From positions 92,426 to 124,425 of the forward strand of contig JAIXHJ010000003.1 in the NCBI GenBank assembly GCA_030145845.1: a stretch of DNA of 32,000 bases, given 5' to 3'. Of this stretch, positions 1 to 9,514 are shown in pieces. A program made the translations under genes and the position numbers. This DNA is from Pseudomonadota bacterium. GTDB taxonomy: Bacteria > Pseudomonadota > Gammaproteobacteria > Pseudomonadales > Oceanobacteraceae. Each line of letters starts with the position of its first letter. Positions within the stretch are counted from its first letter, which is position 1. Below the pieces are notes generated by a model. It did not search any database and was not told the origin of the DNA. It saw only the letters and a list, made by a program, of their open reading frames with translations.

Positions 1-99
1 GCCACCGGCACCCTGTGAGCGGATGGCGCTCATGTCGATATCGCTGAAGGGAATCTGTACGCTGTTGCTGATAAACAGCGGGTCCGTTATGTCGTTCAT
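1..99 (-). CDS. arfB: Alternative ribosome-rescue factor ArfB (RF-like peptidyl-tRNA hydrolase); N-terminal 33 codons only, gene runs off the left edge
   Basis: Manual minus-strand translation from ATG at 99-97 gives MNDITDPLFISNSVQIPFSDIDMSAIRSQGAGG. This parallels the E. coli ArfB/YaeJ N-terminus (..ELEITAIRAQGAGGQ) up to the GGQ motif. Absent from the ORF track because it is truncated. Confidence 0.7.
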   Translation of the reverse strand, partial: MNDITDPLFISNSVQIPFSDIDMSAIRSQGAGG

Positions 100-138
100 G
101 GCAGCTGGTGGTTACGGATGGCCGGCCAAGGCTACCCC

Positions 139-171
139 TTGTGCGGCGCTATTTCAAAGTGCGCCGCACAA
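139..171. other. Intergenic inverted repeat with an 11-bp stem (ttgtgcggcgc / gcgccgcacaa) and 11-nt loop, between the trhA stop and the arfB start
   Basis: Perfect complementarity read directly. No U-run follows on the minus strand, so it is not a canonical intrinsic terminator. It could be an RNA-stability or REP-like element. Confidence 0.4.
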
Positions 172-176
172 TGGCC

Positions 177-833
177 TCAGCGGACCGGGACGTCGGCCAG
201 ATAAAAGGCAATGGCCCAGAAATGACAGAAACCACCGCCGATGACAAACAGATGCCAGATTTCGTGGAAACCAAACCATTTCGGCCAGGGGTCCGGCCAT
301 TTAGTGGCGTAAATCACGGCACCGATGGTGTAGCTGATACCGCCATAGGCGATCCAGCGCAGGGCATCGGCCGGGATCTGATCCACCACCGGCCAGACGA
401 ACACGACCAGCCAGCCCATCAGCACATAAATCACGGTTGAAAACCAGCGTGGCGCACTGATCCATACCACCTTAAGAATCACACCGGTGACCGCCAGTCC
501 CCATACCACACCAAACAGCCACCAACCGGTGGGACCGTTCAGCGGTACCAGACAGATGGGCGTATAAGTGCCGGCAATCAGCAGGAAGATGGCCATGTGG
601 TCGACCCGCTTCAGCCACTGAATCACTGCATCGGAGGCGTGAATCAGGTGATATACCGTGCTGCTGGTAAACATCACCAGCAGGGTGGCGCCGAAGATCA
701 TAAAAGACACCATATGCCAGACCCCACCATGGATGGCGGCCTGAGCGGCCAGGATGCACAGTGCCACAATGGCGAATACGGCTCCGGCAAGATGAGTCAG
801 ACCACTGATCGGATCGCGGAAAACTTTGTGCAT
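177..833 (-). CDS. trhA: Hemolysin III / PAQR family membrane protein (TrhA-like), 218 aa
   Basis: The C-terminal 218 aa of ORF 177..1304 start at ATG 833-831 ([20 protein letters not shown]...). The protein is multi-TM and has the family-typical motifs ..STVYH.., ..[15 protein letters not shown].. and ..HEIWHLFV... The upstream 157 codons overlap yhbQ antisense and look non-coding. Confidence 0.8.
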   Translation of the reverse strand: MHKVFRDPISGLTHLAGAVFAIVALCILAAQAAIHGGVWHMVSFMIFGATLLVMFTSSTVYHLIHASDAVIQWLKRVDHMAIFLLIAGTYTPICLVPLNGPTGWWLFGVVWGLAVTGVILKVVWISAPRWFSTVIYVLMGWLVVFVWPVVDQIPADALRWIAYGGISYTIGAVIYATKWPDPWPKWFGFHEIWHLFVIGGGFCHFWAIAFYLADVPVR

Positions 834-902
834 ACAGGGCTTAACCTCTTTATCAACAGGACGGTACGATACGGTTTTCTGTATTTTCAACAAGGTAGAA
901 TT

Positions 903-1217
903 ATGTCCGCCACAGCAGCAAAGGCCGGACAGGCTGAGGATGATAGCTGGAACCTGTATCTGATCAGAACCCGTCAGGGCAGTCTGTATTGTGGCATCAG
1001 CAAAGATGTTGCACGGCGTTTCCGCGAGCATACCGCCGGTGGGGCAAAGTGCGCGCGGGCCCTGCGTGGACGAGGCCCGTTGCAGCTGGTGTTCAGCTGC
1101 CGGGCGGGCAGCCACCGCCGGGCGTTGCAACTCGAATACCGCGTCAAACAACTGAGTAAAGCGGCCAAAGAAGCCCTGATCCGGGGCGATACCGGGCTGC
1201 CTCAGCTGGATGTTTAG
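903..1217 (+). CDS. yhbQ: GIY-YIG nuclease superfamily protein (UPF0213, YhbQ-like), 104 aa
   Basis: From ATG 903: ..[28 protein letters not shown]...[13 protein letters not shown]...[13 protein letters not shown]. This is collinear with E. coli YhbQ ([50 protein letters not shown]). AAGG RBS lies 7 nt upstream. Confidence 0.85.
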   Translation: MSATAAKAGQAEDDSWNLYLIRTRQGSLYCGISKDVARRFREHTAGGAKCARALRGRGPLQLVFSCRAGSHRRALQLEYRVKQLSKAAKEALIRGDTGLPQLDV

Positions 1218-1369
1218 CACTGCAGTTGTTCCGTTATGGAAACAATTATCCTCTCCTTTCAGGCCAGGGCTGCGCGGTGACGCTATTCTGAAACTATGGT
1301 ACAAACAAGGCGTGTCGGCCGGCGTCTGTCCGGTTGCCGGAAAAATAATAAAAAAAGGTATCCGTTCTC

Positions 1370-3475
1370 ATGCGTCTTTTTCCGTTGCTGCGGCGGCTGT
1401 TGCCGGCCTGGTCGTTGCTGTTGTTATCTGCCTGTGCTGCGACGCAGGAAATTGTGGTAGAGCAGCCTGAGGCTGCGGCGCTGCCGGCGTCCGGCACCGC
1501 CACGGCCTGGGCCGTGGCGGTGGATATCACGCCGCCGCCGGGTATGCCGATGGGCGGTTATTCGGTGATGGCCAACCGCGGTAAGGGGTTCCGCACCCGC
1601 ATCAAGGCGCGGGTGGTGTATCTGAATGATGGCCGCGGTCAGTCGCTGGCGCTGGTGCAGACGGATCTGACCGCCGCTTCTCTGCTGCTGCATCATGAGG
1701 TGGCGGCGCGGGTGGCGGCGAGCACGGGTCTGCGCCCGGCGGACATTGCCATTACCGCAAGTCACAGCCATTCGGCGCCGGTGAATTTCTTCGATAACGA
1801 CTTTTATAACAAGCATACGTCCAGTGGTCAGTGGCTGGAGCCCGGTTTCCTGACTTTCGTCGCTGAGCAGATTGCTGATGGCATTGTACAGGCGTATGAG
1901 CAGCGCCGGCCGGCCATGATTGCCACTGGCAAAAAGGATATTTATGGCTATAACCGCAACCGCTCACTGGATTCCTACCTGCTTAACGACAATGTGCACG
2001 GCATCCGCGCCGAGGACCCGCAGGCCAAGTTCCGTGCGGTGAACCCATCCCTGTATATGGTGCGGGTGGATGTGCGTGACGATGAGGGCGAATACCGGCC
2101 ATTGGCAGCCTTCTCCAGTTTTTCCGTGCATGCCACGGCGCTGACCGCACCAGTGGAGGTCTACAACGCCGACCTGTTTGCCTATGCGCAGAAAGATCTG
2201 GAATGGAAAATCCACGATAAATACCAGACCCCGTGGCCGGTGGTGCATGCCCTGAGTACCGGCACCCAGGGGGATATGGCGCCGGCACTGCCCGATCAGG
2301 GGGATAACTGGTTCAGCCATTTTCAGGTGAACTGGAAAGCGGCCAAAGAGGTGGGGCAGGGCATTGGCGCTGAAGCCATCAGCCTGTTTGAAGCGCTGCA
2401 GCCTGAGCTGACTGCCGATGTGCAGCTGGCGGCTGCTGCCAGAGAGGTGAATATCCGCGAACACAACCGCGCCGGAGACGTGGAGATCTGTCACGATGCG
2501 GCGGTCGGTAACCCGGTGGCGGCCGGTGCTTATGAACGGCGTACCCCCTGGCTGACGGCGCTGCCCTTCTTTCATGGCGGGAATCTGATGGCACGGCGCT
2601 GGTGGTTCTTTACCTCCGGCTGTCAGGGCAATAAACGTCATCTGGGGTTTTCATTCCTGCAGCCGTTACTGGAGCCGAAAGACAGCTTTCCCGATACCGT
2701 GCTGTTCCAGCTGCTGAAAATCAACGATATGGCCGTGCTGCCGCTGCCGTTTGAGGCCACCACCGAATCCGGCCGCCGTATCAGTGAACGGGTAGCGCAG
2801 ACATTCCGCGATGCCGGTGAAGCCCTGCAATACGTCTGGGTGGCCAGCAATGCCAACGGTTATTTCGGTTACACCACCACCCCGGAAGAATACGCCCGGC
2901 AGAACTATGAGGGCGGGCATACCTTGTACGGCCGTAATTCCACCCCCTATCTGACGGAGCAGCTGGGCCAGCTGGCGGGCGATTATCTGCAGCAGGGGCC
3001 ACTGCAGGAGCTGCAGCAGGAATGGCGCTATGAGCTGAAAGTGAATGATTTCCTGCCGCCACCTGTCCACAGTGAAGGCCGCCGCCACTGGCTGGGGCAG
3101 CCGCTGAGTTACCGTGCGGAAAAAGCCACAGAGGAGGATTACATCGCCCTGCGCTGGGTGGATGTGGCGCCGGCGGCTATCCGTCTGCATGAGCCGCTGG
3201 TGCGGGTGGAAAGCGACACTGACGGTGAGTGGCAGCTGCTGCGGGTTAATGGCGAGCCGGTTGATGATGATGGCTACGATATCGAAGTCCGTTATCTGCA
3301 TGACAGCGGTGACGGTATGGCAGAGTATGAAGCGCGCTGGTACAACCCGCTGGCCGGTGGCAATTACCGTATGGTCATCGCGCCACGGGGCGGGCAGAGC
3401 GCGCTGATTTCAGCGCTGTTCCGCTGGCAGGAGGGCGCCGGTGGCAGCCTGGTCAGTCTGATACCGGCGGACTGA
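1370..3475 (+). CDS. Neutral/alkaline (non-lysosomal) ceramidase-like protein, predicted lipoprotein, 701 aa
   Basis: Signal peptide with lipobox LLSAC|AAT. The N-terminal domain pattern (..DITPPPGMPMGGYS...G..TRIKARVVYL...LVQTDL...ITASHSHSAP) resembles the neutral ceramidase N-terminal domain, including a THTHSGP-type metal site. Family assignment is from memory of the motifs, not from a search. Confidence 0.65.
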   Translation: MRLFPLLRRLLPAWSLLLLSACAATQEIVVEQPEAAALPASGTATAWAVAVDITPPPGMPMGGYSVMANRGKGFRTRIKARVVYLNDGRGQSLALVQTDLTAASLLLHHEVAARVAASTGLRPADIAITASHSHSAPVNFFDNDFYNKHTSSGQWLEPGFLTFVAEQIADGIVQAYEQRRPAMIATGKKDIYGYNRNRSLDSYLLNDNVHGIRAEDPQAKFRAVNPSLYMVRVDVRDDEGEYRPLAAFSSFSVHATALTAPVEVYNADLFAYAQKDLEWKIHDKYQTPWPVVHALSTGTQGDMAPALPDQGDNWFSHFQVNWKAAKEVGQGIGAEAISLFEALQPELTADVQLAAAAREVNIREHNRAGDVEICHDAAVGNPVAAGAYERRTPWLTALPFFHGGNLMARRWWFFTSGCQGNKRHLGFSFLQPLLEPKDSFPDTVLFQLLKINDMAVLPLPFEATTESGRRISERVAQTFRDAGEALQYVWVASNANGYFGYTTTPEEYARQNYEGGHTLYGRNSTPYLTEQLGQLAGDYLQQGPLQELQQEWRYELKVNDFLPPPVHSEGRRHWLGQPLSYRAEKATEEDYIALRWVDVAPAAIRLHEPLVRVESDTDGEWQLLRVNGEPVDDDGYDIEVRYLHDSGDGMAEYEARWYNPLAGGNYRMVIAPRGGQSALISALFRWQEGAGGSLVSLIPAD

Positions 3476-3486
3476 GCGTCCGGCAG

Positions 3487-3519
3487 AGCAGGCTCTGGCC
3501 GACAGATGCCTGCTTTGTT
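3487..3519 (+). terminator. Probable intrinsic terminator after the ceramidase-like gene
   Basis: agcaggc-tctg / cag(a)tgcctgct forms a stem with a 1-nt bulge and a 5-nt loop, followed by TTTGTT. Confidence 0.5.
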
Positions 3520-3606
3520 ACAGGATTGTCATATTCTTCCTTTAATTTTGGCGCCCCTGTTAAGTAGAATGACCCGCTGATCAGATCAGGGACTACAAGC
3601 ATCATC

Positions 3607-4377
3607 ATGTTTAAAGCCATTTGGGCGGCCCGTTGGTATGTGTTACTGGGCTTCTTCACATTCGTTATCGTTCTCGCCGTTAATACTCCTCTGCATTTCG
3701 TCTGGGGCTACGTTAAACCGCAGCTGGGGCGACTGCCTGTCCAGGTTGACCAGATTACCGGCACCGTCTGGGACGGCTCTGCGCGCCTGCGGGTCCCCAG
3801 GCTGAACAGCCTGGGCCCACTGGATGTCCGCTGGCAGCTGAGCCCTGTGGGCCTGCTGGGCGGTCAGGCGGATCTGGATGTGCACCTCAGTGGCAATGGC
3901 GTACGGCTCGATAGCGCCGCGTCTGTGGGCCTGAATCAGGTGCTGACACTGAGCGATGCCAGTGGTTATCTGGATGCTGCGGTGATTGCCCCGTTACTGA
4001 AACGGAACCGCGTGAATATTGCCGGCAGTTTTGAACTCAGCCAGCTGAATACCACGCTGGACACCAGCGCCGGGAATATTCAGGCACTGAGTGGCCGGCT
4101 GGTGTACAGCGGTGGTGCGATCGGTTTTCCGGTCAATAACAAGCCGGTTTCTGCGACCATGCCGGTGGTGGTGGGTGTGCTGGGAATGGATGGTGATAAA
4201 GCCGTTATTGATGCCGCCACCACGGATAATCTGCCGCTGATGCAGGGCTATATGCAGGCCGATGGCTGGGGCGGCGTGTCTATCCGCCGACGTTTCCTTG
4301 ATGTGCTGGGGCAGCAGTGGCCGAACCCGGCAGAAGAAGACACGGTTATTTTTGAAGTGTCTCATAAGGTTCTGTAA
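3607..4377 (+). CDS. gspN: Type II secretion system protein N (GspN), 256 aa
   Basis: N-terminal membrane anchor (WYVLLGFFTFVIVLAV) followed by ..LPVQVDQITGTVWDGSARL.., as is typical of GspN. It lies immediately upstream of gspC and gspD. Confidence 0.7.
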   Translation: MFKAIWAARWYVLLGFFTFVIVLAVNTPLHFVWGYVKPQLGRLPVQVDQITGTVWDGSARLRVPRLNSLGPLDVRWQLSPVGLLGGQADLDVHLSGNGVRLDSAASVGLNQVLTLSDASGYLDAAVIAPLLKRNRVNIAGSFELSQLNTTLDTSAGNIQALSGRLVYSGGAIGFPVNNKPVSATMPVVVGVLGMDGDKAVIDAATTDNLPLMQGYMQADGWGGVSIRRRFLDVLGQQWPNPAEEDTVIFEVSHKVL

Positions 4378-4409
4378 CCTTGAGCGCCTTGTAAACGGAG
4401 TATGACGCT

Positions 4410-5264
4410 TTGGCTGAACAGTTAGCAGAGTTAACAGGCTGGCAGCGCTTGTCGCTGGTGCTGGGTAAGACAGTACTTACCCTGCTGATTGCCACCCAGC
4501 TGGCCTGGCTGACCTGGCTGATTATTGCCCCGGAACCCCTGGTTCTGCGCGCGCCGGCCAAAGGACAGGTGGCTGAGGACAGTGCGGCGACTGCCGGTAC
4601 CGGTCAGTACCACCTGTTTGGTGATTACACGGCGGCACCGGTGGAGGAAGTACCACAGGAAGTTGAAGCACCGGATACCCGTCTGCGTCTTGAATTGCTG
4701 GGCGTTACCCGCTCCTCACGCAACGAATTGTCGTCTGCGATTATTGCGCCGAAGGGTGGCGCCGGTGATTTTTACCGGATCGGCGATGTGGTGCAGGGTC
4801 GTACCCGGCTGGCGGCGGTTTATGACGACAAGGTGATTCTGGATACCAACGGTAAGCTGGAAACCCTGAAGTTTGATGAAGAGTCCAAACGGGGGCTGGA
4901 AGCCCGGGCAGTCCAGGCACCGGAGCCGGACAGCTCCATACGTGACCGCTTCAAAGAGGTCCGTAATCCGACCGATTTTATGAATCTGGTGAATGAAGAA
5001 GCCGCGTCCGACCCGGAAGGGGCTCTGCGTGAAATGGGGCTGAAAGCAGCCGGGCCGGGGCAGGGTTATGTGGTGCAGAAAGGCTCAATGCTGACGGCGC
5101 TGCAGCTGCAGCCGGGCGATATCGTACTGTCAGTGAATGGTCAGCCGCTGGGGGATCCACAGTCGGATCAGCAGATTCTGCAGCAGGTGACAGAAGAAGG
5201 TAATGCCCGCATTGAAGTGCAGCGGGGTAACAGTCGTTTTGTCGTCAATCACAGTCTGAATTAA
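4410..5264 (+). CDS. gspC: Type II secretion system protein C (GspC) with C-terminal PDZ domain, 284 aa
   Basis: TTG start with GGAG 9 nt upstream. Single N-terminal TM (VLTLLIATQLAWLTWLII), an HR-like middle region (RLELLGVT...AIIAP.G..DFYRIGD...AVYDDKVILD) and a PDZ-like C-terminus (LQLQPGDIVLSVNGQPLGD). Directly precedes gspD. Confidence 0.8.
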   Translation: MAEQLAELTGWQRLSLVLGKTVLTLLIATQLAWLTWLIIAPEPLVLRAPAKGQVAEDSAATAGTGQYHLFGDYTAAPVEEVPQEVEAPDTRLRLELLGVTRSSRNELSSAIIAPKGGAGDFYRIGDVVQGRTRLAAVYDDKVILDTNGKLETLKFDEESKRGLEARAVQAPEPDSSIRDRFKEVRNPTDFMNLVNEEAASDPEGALREMGLKAAGPGQGYVVQKGSMLTALQLQPGDIVLSVNGQPLGDPQSDQQILQQVTEEGNARIEVQRGNSRFVVNHSLN

Positions 5265-5276
5265 AAGGAAATAAGT

Positions 5277-7184
5277 GTGTTTAAGCAGTGGGCATTCCTG
5301 TTCTTAATGTTTATCAGCGCCGGTGTTCAGGCTGCGGCCAAGGATAACTGGCAGATCAATATGAAGGACGCTGACATCGGCGCCTTTATCAGTCAGGTAG
5401 CGGATATTACCGGCCGCAGTTTTGTCGTTGACCCCAGGGTCAAAGGCAAGATCAATGTGTTGTCCAGCGAGCCGATGGATCAGGAAGGTGTGTATGAACT
5501 CTTCCTGTCCGTACTGCAGGTGCAGGGCTATGCGGCTGTACCGGCGGGGAATGTCACTCTGATTGTGCAGCAGAATGACGTCAAACAGGCCGGACGTGAC
5601 CTGAATGACAGTTACCCGGATGGCAGTCAGGAACTGCTCACCAAAGTCATTATGATCAAAAATACCCCGGCGCTGGATCTGGTGCCTATCCTGCGTCCGC
5701 TGGTGGCCAAATATGGTCATCTGGCCGGGGTGAAATCCGCGAATGCGCTGATTATTTCTGATCACGCGGCCAATATCAGCCGCATCGAACAGATTATTGA
5801 CCGGCTGGATAAATCCGGCAGTGAAGAACTGGAAGTGATTCAGCTGAAGGAAGCCTGGGTCGGTAATGTAGTGACCATGCTGCAGAATCTGGACCCGTCC
5901 AGGGTGGCGCAGGGTGCTTCCGCCAATGCCGCTGAAAATACCGCCGGTTCCATCCGCGTAGTGGCGGACGAGCGCAGTAACCGCCTGATTATCAAAGGCG
6001 AGAAAAGTGCGCGTGAGCGTATCCGCAAGCTGATTGAAGAGCTGGATCAGCCATCCTATTTCTCCGGTGCCGCCAAGGTTATCCGTCTGCAGTATGCGGA
6101 TGCCACCAAGCTGGCCGAAATGCTGAAAAATCTGCTTTCTGAAAGCACAACAACGGCTGAGAAAGAAGAGCAGCAGGTAAAAGGTTCGGTCGGGATTTAT
6201 GCCGATGAAGAACTGAATGCGCTGGTGGTGCGTGCTGAACCGTCGGTGATGAAAGAAGTCGAGGAACTGGTGAATTCACTGGATGTACGCCGGGCTCAGG
6301 TGCTGATCGAATCGGCGATTGTTGAAATCAGCGGCGACATTAATGATGCCCTTGGTGTGCAGTGGCTGTTCGGTGATCTGGATAATCCGGTTGCGGCGAC
6401 CAACTTCTCTGACGCCGGTACCTCACTGGCCGGTATTGCAACCTCGGTTGCCAGTGGCGATTACACCGATGCCATCAGCAATGGTCTGACGCTGGGCGGC
6501 TACAGTGAAATCAACGGTGAAGTCAGTTTTGGTGCCATCCTGCAGGCACTGAAAAGTAACTCCCATACGAACCTGTTGTCGACCCCGAGCATCATGACGC
6601 TGGATAACCAGGAAGCGGAAATTGTAGTGGGCCAGAATGTACCTTTCCTCACCGGCTCAACCGCATCCAGCAGCAACAGCAATCCGTTTACCACCATTAC
6701 CCGGGAAGATGTGGGTATCACCCTGAAAGTGAAACCCCATATTCATGATGGTGAAGCCATCCGTCTGGAAGTGGAAGCAACGGCGGAGTCAGTTTCCTCG
6801 ACTACCGTTGCCGGCAGTGCGGACCTGATCACCAATAAACGCTCCATCAAAACCATGATTCTGTCGGATGATCAGGAAACCATTGTACTGGGTGGACTGA
6901 TCCGTGATGACGTGACAGAGACTGAAAGCAAGGTGCCGCTGCTGGGCGATATTCCGCTGCTGGGCTGGCTGTTTAAATCCAAGTCCAAAAGCCATACCAA
7001 AAACAATATGATGGTTTTCCTGCGCCCGACGATTGTTGATAACCCGGGTAAAGCGAAGGAACTGACGCACGATAAATTCAATGGTATCTGGGAATTCAGT
7101 GTGTCGGACCAGCTGGGTGCCGAGGATATCAACAACCGCCTGAATCTGTTGTTTGACGGCTTACCGATCAAGCGCGAAGACTGA
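5277..7184 (+). CDS. gspD: Type II secretion system secretin GspD, 635 aa
   Basis: Signal peptide, then an N0 domain (NMKDADIGAFISQVADITGRSFVVDPRVKGKINV), N1-N3 repeats, and a secretin core (LLSTPSIMTLDNQEAEIVVGQNVPF...VPLLGDIPLLGWLFKS...MVFLRPTIV). GTG start with AAGGAA RBS. Confidence 0.95.
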   Translation: MFKQWAFLFLMFISAGVQAAAKDNWQINMKDADIGAFISQVADITGRSFVVDPRVKGKINVLSSEPMDQEGVYELFLSVLQVQGYAAVPAGNVTLIVQQNDVKQAGRDLNDSYPDGSQELLTKVIMIKNTPALDLVPILRPLVAKYGHLAGVKSANALIISDHAANISRIEQIIDRLDKSGSEELEVIQLKEAWVGNVVTMLQNLDPSRVAQGASANAAENTAGSIRVVADERSNRLIIKGEKSARERIRKLIEELDQPSYFSGAAKVIRLQYADATKLAEMLKNLLSESTTTAEKEEQQVKGSVGIYADEELNALVVRAEPSVMKEVEELVNSLDVRRAQVLIESAIVEISGDINDALGVQWLFGDLDNPVAATNFSDAGTSLAGIATSVASGDYTDAISNGLTLGGYSEINGEVSFGAILQALKSNSHTNLLSTPSIMTLDNQEAEIVVGQNVPFLTGSTASSSNSNPFTTITREDVGITLKVKPHIHDGEAIRLEVEATAESVSSTTVAGSADLITNKRSIKTMILSDDQETIVLGGLIRDDVTETESKVPLLGDIPLLGWLFKSKSKSHTKNNMMVFLRPTIVDNPGKAKELTHDKFNGIWEFSVSDQLGAEDINNRLNLLFDGLPIKRED

Positions 7185-7186
7185 GA

Positions 7187-7217
7187 ATAAAAAAATCCCC
7201 GTCAGGGGATTTTTTTA
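7187..7217. terminator. Bidirectional intrinsic terminator between convergent gspD and yceF
   Basis: A-run, then atcccc-gtca-ggggat hairpin (7195-7210), then T-run. The T-run overlaps the yceF stop codon. Confidence 0.8.
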
Positions 7218-7799
7218 TTGTGCGTACTGCAGTGGTGGCATGCCGGCAGCCATCATCAGATCCGTCAGGCCGATCAGCGGCAGGCCAACCAGGCTGTTGA
7301 TGTCGCGGCCTTCCAGTCGTTCAAACAGGGTAATGCCCAGACCTTCCACCTTAAAGCTGCCGGCACAGTCGAGTGGCTGTTCCAGTTCCACGTAGCGGCT
7401 GACCTGGGCGGCCGTCAGTTCGCGGAAATGCACACTGAAGGGCTCACACAGCGTCCATTGTTGTCCGTACGGCGCCTGCAGGCACAGCCCGGTCAGAAAG
7501 CTGACCGTCTGACCGCTGGCGGCCAGCAACTGGTTCACGGCATTTTCAGCATTGCCGGGTTTGCCACAGATACGGCCGTTGAGCACGCTGGTCTGATCAC
7601 TGCCGATAATCCAGTAATCCGGGTATTCAGGCCGCAGTGCAGCCGCTTTTTCAGCTGCCAGACGCACAACATAGTCCTGCGCTGTTTCGTCCGGGTGGGG
7701 CGTTTCATCAATATCGGGTGAACGGAACGCAAACGGAATGCGCAGCCGCTGCAGCAGTTCACGGCGGTAAGGGGAGCCAGAGGCAAGAAGCAGTTTCAT
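7215..7799 (-). CDS. yceF: Maf-family nucleoside triphosphate pyrophosphatase, YceF subfamily, 194 aa
   Basis: MKLLLASGSPYRRELLQRLRIPF...DIDETP...RLAAEKA...IIGSDQTSVLNGRICGKP is collinear with E. coli YceF ([45 protein letters not shown]). ATG at 7799; a GTG two codons upstream is an alternative start. Confidence 0.9.
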   Translation of the reverse strand: MKLLLASGSPYRRELLQRLRIPFAFRSPDIDETPHPDETAQDYVVRLAAEKAAALRPEYPDYWIIGSDQTSVLNGRICGKPGNAENAVNQLLAASGQTVSFLTGLCLQAPYGQQWTLCEPFSVHFRELTAAQVSRYVELEQPLDCAGSFKVEGLGITLFERLEGRDINSLVGLPLIGLTDLMMAAGMPPLQYAQ

Positions 7800-7818
7800 A
7801 AACACTCAAAAACAGTCA

Positions 7819-7851
7819 TAAAAAAACCGGGCGCAAGCCCGGTTTCTTTTT
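7819..7851 (-). terminator. Intrinsic terminator downstream of sodB (symmetrical, usable in both directions)
   Basis: accgggc-gcaa-gcccggt hairpin (7826-7843) flanked by an A7 run and TTCTTTTT. On the minus strand it is followed by a U-run about 25 nt after the sodB stop. Confidence 0.8.
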
Positions 7852-7867
7852 ACCACACCAGACAGGA

Positions 7868-8449
7868 TCAGGCGGCGAAGTTTTCGTTCGCGAAGTCCCA
7901 GTTAACCAGAGCCCAGAAAGCTTTCAGGTAATCAGGACGGACATTGCGGTAATCGATGTAGTAAGCGTGTTCCCACACGTCAACTGTCAGTACCGGAGTC
8001 AGACCTTCAGTGATCGGCGTGCCGGCATTGGAGGTGTTAACGATATCCAGGGAACCGTCGGCTTTTTTCACCAGCCAGGTCCAGCCGGAACCGAAGTTGT
8101 TCACAGCCATGTCGTTCAGTTTGGCCTGGAAGTCAGCGAAAGAACCGAAAGAAGCGTTGATGGCTTCTGCGATGGCGCCGGTTGGTTCGCCACCGCCGTT
8201 AGGGCTCAGGCTGTTCCAGTAGAAAGTGTGGTTCCACACCTGAGCAGCGTTGTTGAAAACACCGCCGGAAGAAGACTTGATGATGTCTTCCAGGGATTTG
8301 CCTTCAAACTCAGTACCTTCGATCAGACCATTCAGTTTGGTTACGTAGGTGTTGTGGTGTTTGCCGTAGTGGAATTCCAGAGTTTCGGAAGAAATGTGCG
8401 GTTGCAGAGCGTCTTTTGCGTACGGCAGGGCTGGTAATTCAAATGCCAT
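7868..8449 (-). CDS. sodB: Superoxide dismutase [Fe], 193 aa
   Basis: [36 protein letters not shown]...[27 protein letters not shown] is near-identical in pattern to E. coli SodB. GGAGA RBS. Confidence 0.97.
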   Translation of the reverse strand: MAFELPALPYAKDALQPHISSETLEFHYGKHHNTYVTKLNGLIEGTEFEGKSLEDIIKSSSGGVFNNAAQVWNHTFYWNSLSPNGGGEPTGAIAEAINASFGSFADFQAKLNDMAVNNFGSGWTWLVKKADGSLDIVNTSNAGTPITEGLTPVLTVDVWEHAYYIDYRNVRPDYLKAFWALVNWDFANENFAA

Positions 8450-8719
8450 AGGTCATCTCCATTCAATGCTGAGTCGGGTTGCGTACAGTTGCATAGATCT
8501 GCGACCGGCTGTACTGCTGTGAGTTCAGGCCAGTCGTCTTTATCAGTCAGAGGATCATAGCACTCCGGGAAAAGTCGCGCTATTCATGAAGACTATAAGG
8601 AATTACGATGAAACGGTCCGTGCCGTCAGTTCAACGATAGCCTTCATAATTTCTCCTGACAGAGGTTGTCGTTATACTGGCCGGATAATAAAGAACGCCA
8701 GCCATTAACAGGGGCAACG

Positions 8720-9514
8720 ATGGATAAAGAAAAAGAACCGATTGTGCCGGGTATGAAGCCGTCACAGGAAGATATTGCACTGCGTCAGAAGCAGCTGGCA
8801 GCCCGCCGTGCGGCGGCCCAGCGCGCAGCAACCTCGAAGCCGCGTGCAACTCAGGCGGCGGTTGTGGCGCAGCCGCAGAAGCAGACACTGGCCATCATCG
8901 CGCTGCTGATTGCGCTGGCAATGGGTGGGCTGGCGGCGTTCAGTTTTATGCAGTTGCAGAAGGTTCAGCAGAAACTTGGTAATGCTGAAGCTATCATCCG
9001 CGATCAGGCTGACAACCTGAAAGTCCTGAATGAAAAACTGTCGGTGACCGGTGAAAACGCCAATCTGTCGGTGGATGCACTGAAGGCCATTGTGAAAGAC
9101 AATGCCAGTGAAATCCGCAAGCTGTGGGACGTTTCCAATAAACGTAACAAAGCGAACATTGCCAGCAATGAGAAAGCCATCGGTAGTGTGAAAGGCCAGC
9201 TCAGCAGTCTGCAGAAAGAGCTGAAATCCGGACTGGCAGCACAGCAGAAAAGTGTGGCCGCGGTGGAGAAAAAACTCAGTGAAAAAGAGCAGGCACTGAC
9301 CAGCCGGATCGCCCGGGTGGAAAAGGATGCGGCAAGCATCCCGGCTGAGAATCAGATCCGTATCTCGCAGAACACTGAAAACCTGCAGTTGCTGGAAGCC
9401 TCAGTACAGAAGCTGCGCAACGGTGGTGATGTCGGCGATATGAAACTGGAGATTGAAGATATTCAGATCCGTCTCGACCGTATCCAGAATGCGCTGGGTG
9501 GTACCACCCCCTGA
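8720..9514 (+). CDS. Hypothetical single-pass membrane protein with a long coiled-coil ectodomain, 264 aa
   Basis: Start taken at ATG 8720 (MDKEKEP...). Basic N-terminus, one TM (LAIIALLIALAMGGLAAFSF), then about 180 aa of heptad-like K/E/Q/L-rich sequence. No family recognised. Confidence 0.55.
   Translation: MDKEKEPIVPGMKPSQEDIALRQKQLAARRAAAQRAATSKPRATQAAVVAQPQKQTLAIIALLIALAMGGLAAFSFMQLQKVQQKLGNAEAIIRDQADNLKVLNEKLSVTGENANLSVDALKAIVKDNASEIRKLWDVSNKRNKANIASNEKAIGSVKGQLSSLQKELKSGLAAQQKSVAAVEKKLSEKEQALTSRIARVEKDAASIPAENQIRISQNTENLQLLEASVQKLRNGGDVGDMKLEIEDIQIRLDRIQNALGGTTP

Noticed and set aside
834-1304. N-terminal 157-codon extension of ORF 177..1304
   Set aside because: The hemolysin-III homology begins at Met158 (ATG 833). 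The extension overlaps the convincing yhbQ gene on the opposite strand and has no membrane or family features.
3526-3575. Sigma-70-like promoter for gspN (TAGAAT as -10, with TTAATT 17 nt upstream or TTGTCA further up)
   Set aside because: The -10 is good, but no -35 hexamer with proper spacing is convincing. Without TSS data I do not list it as a feature.
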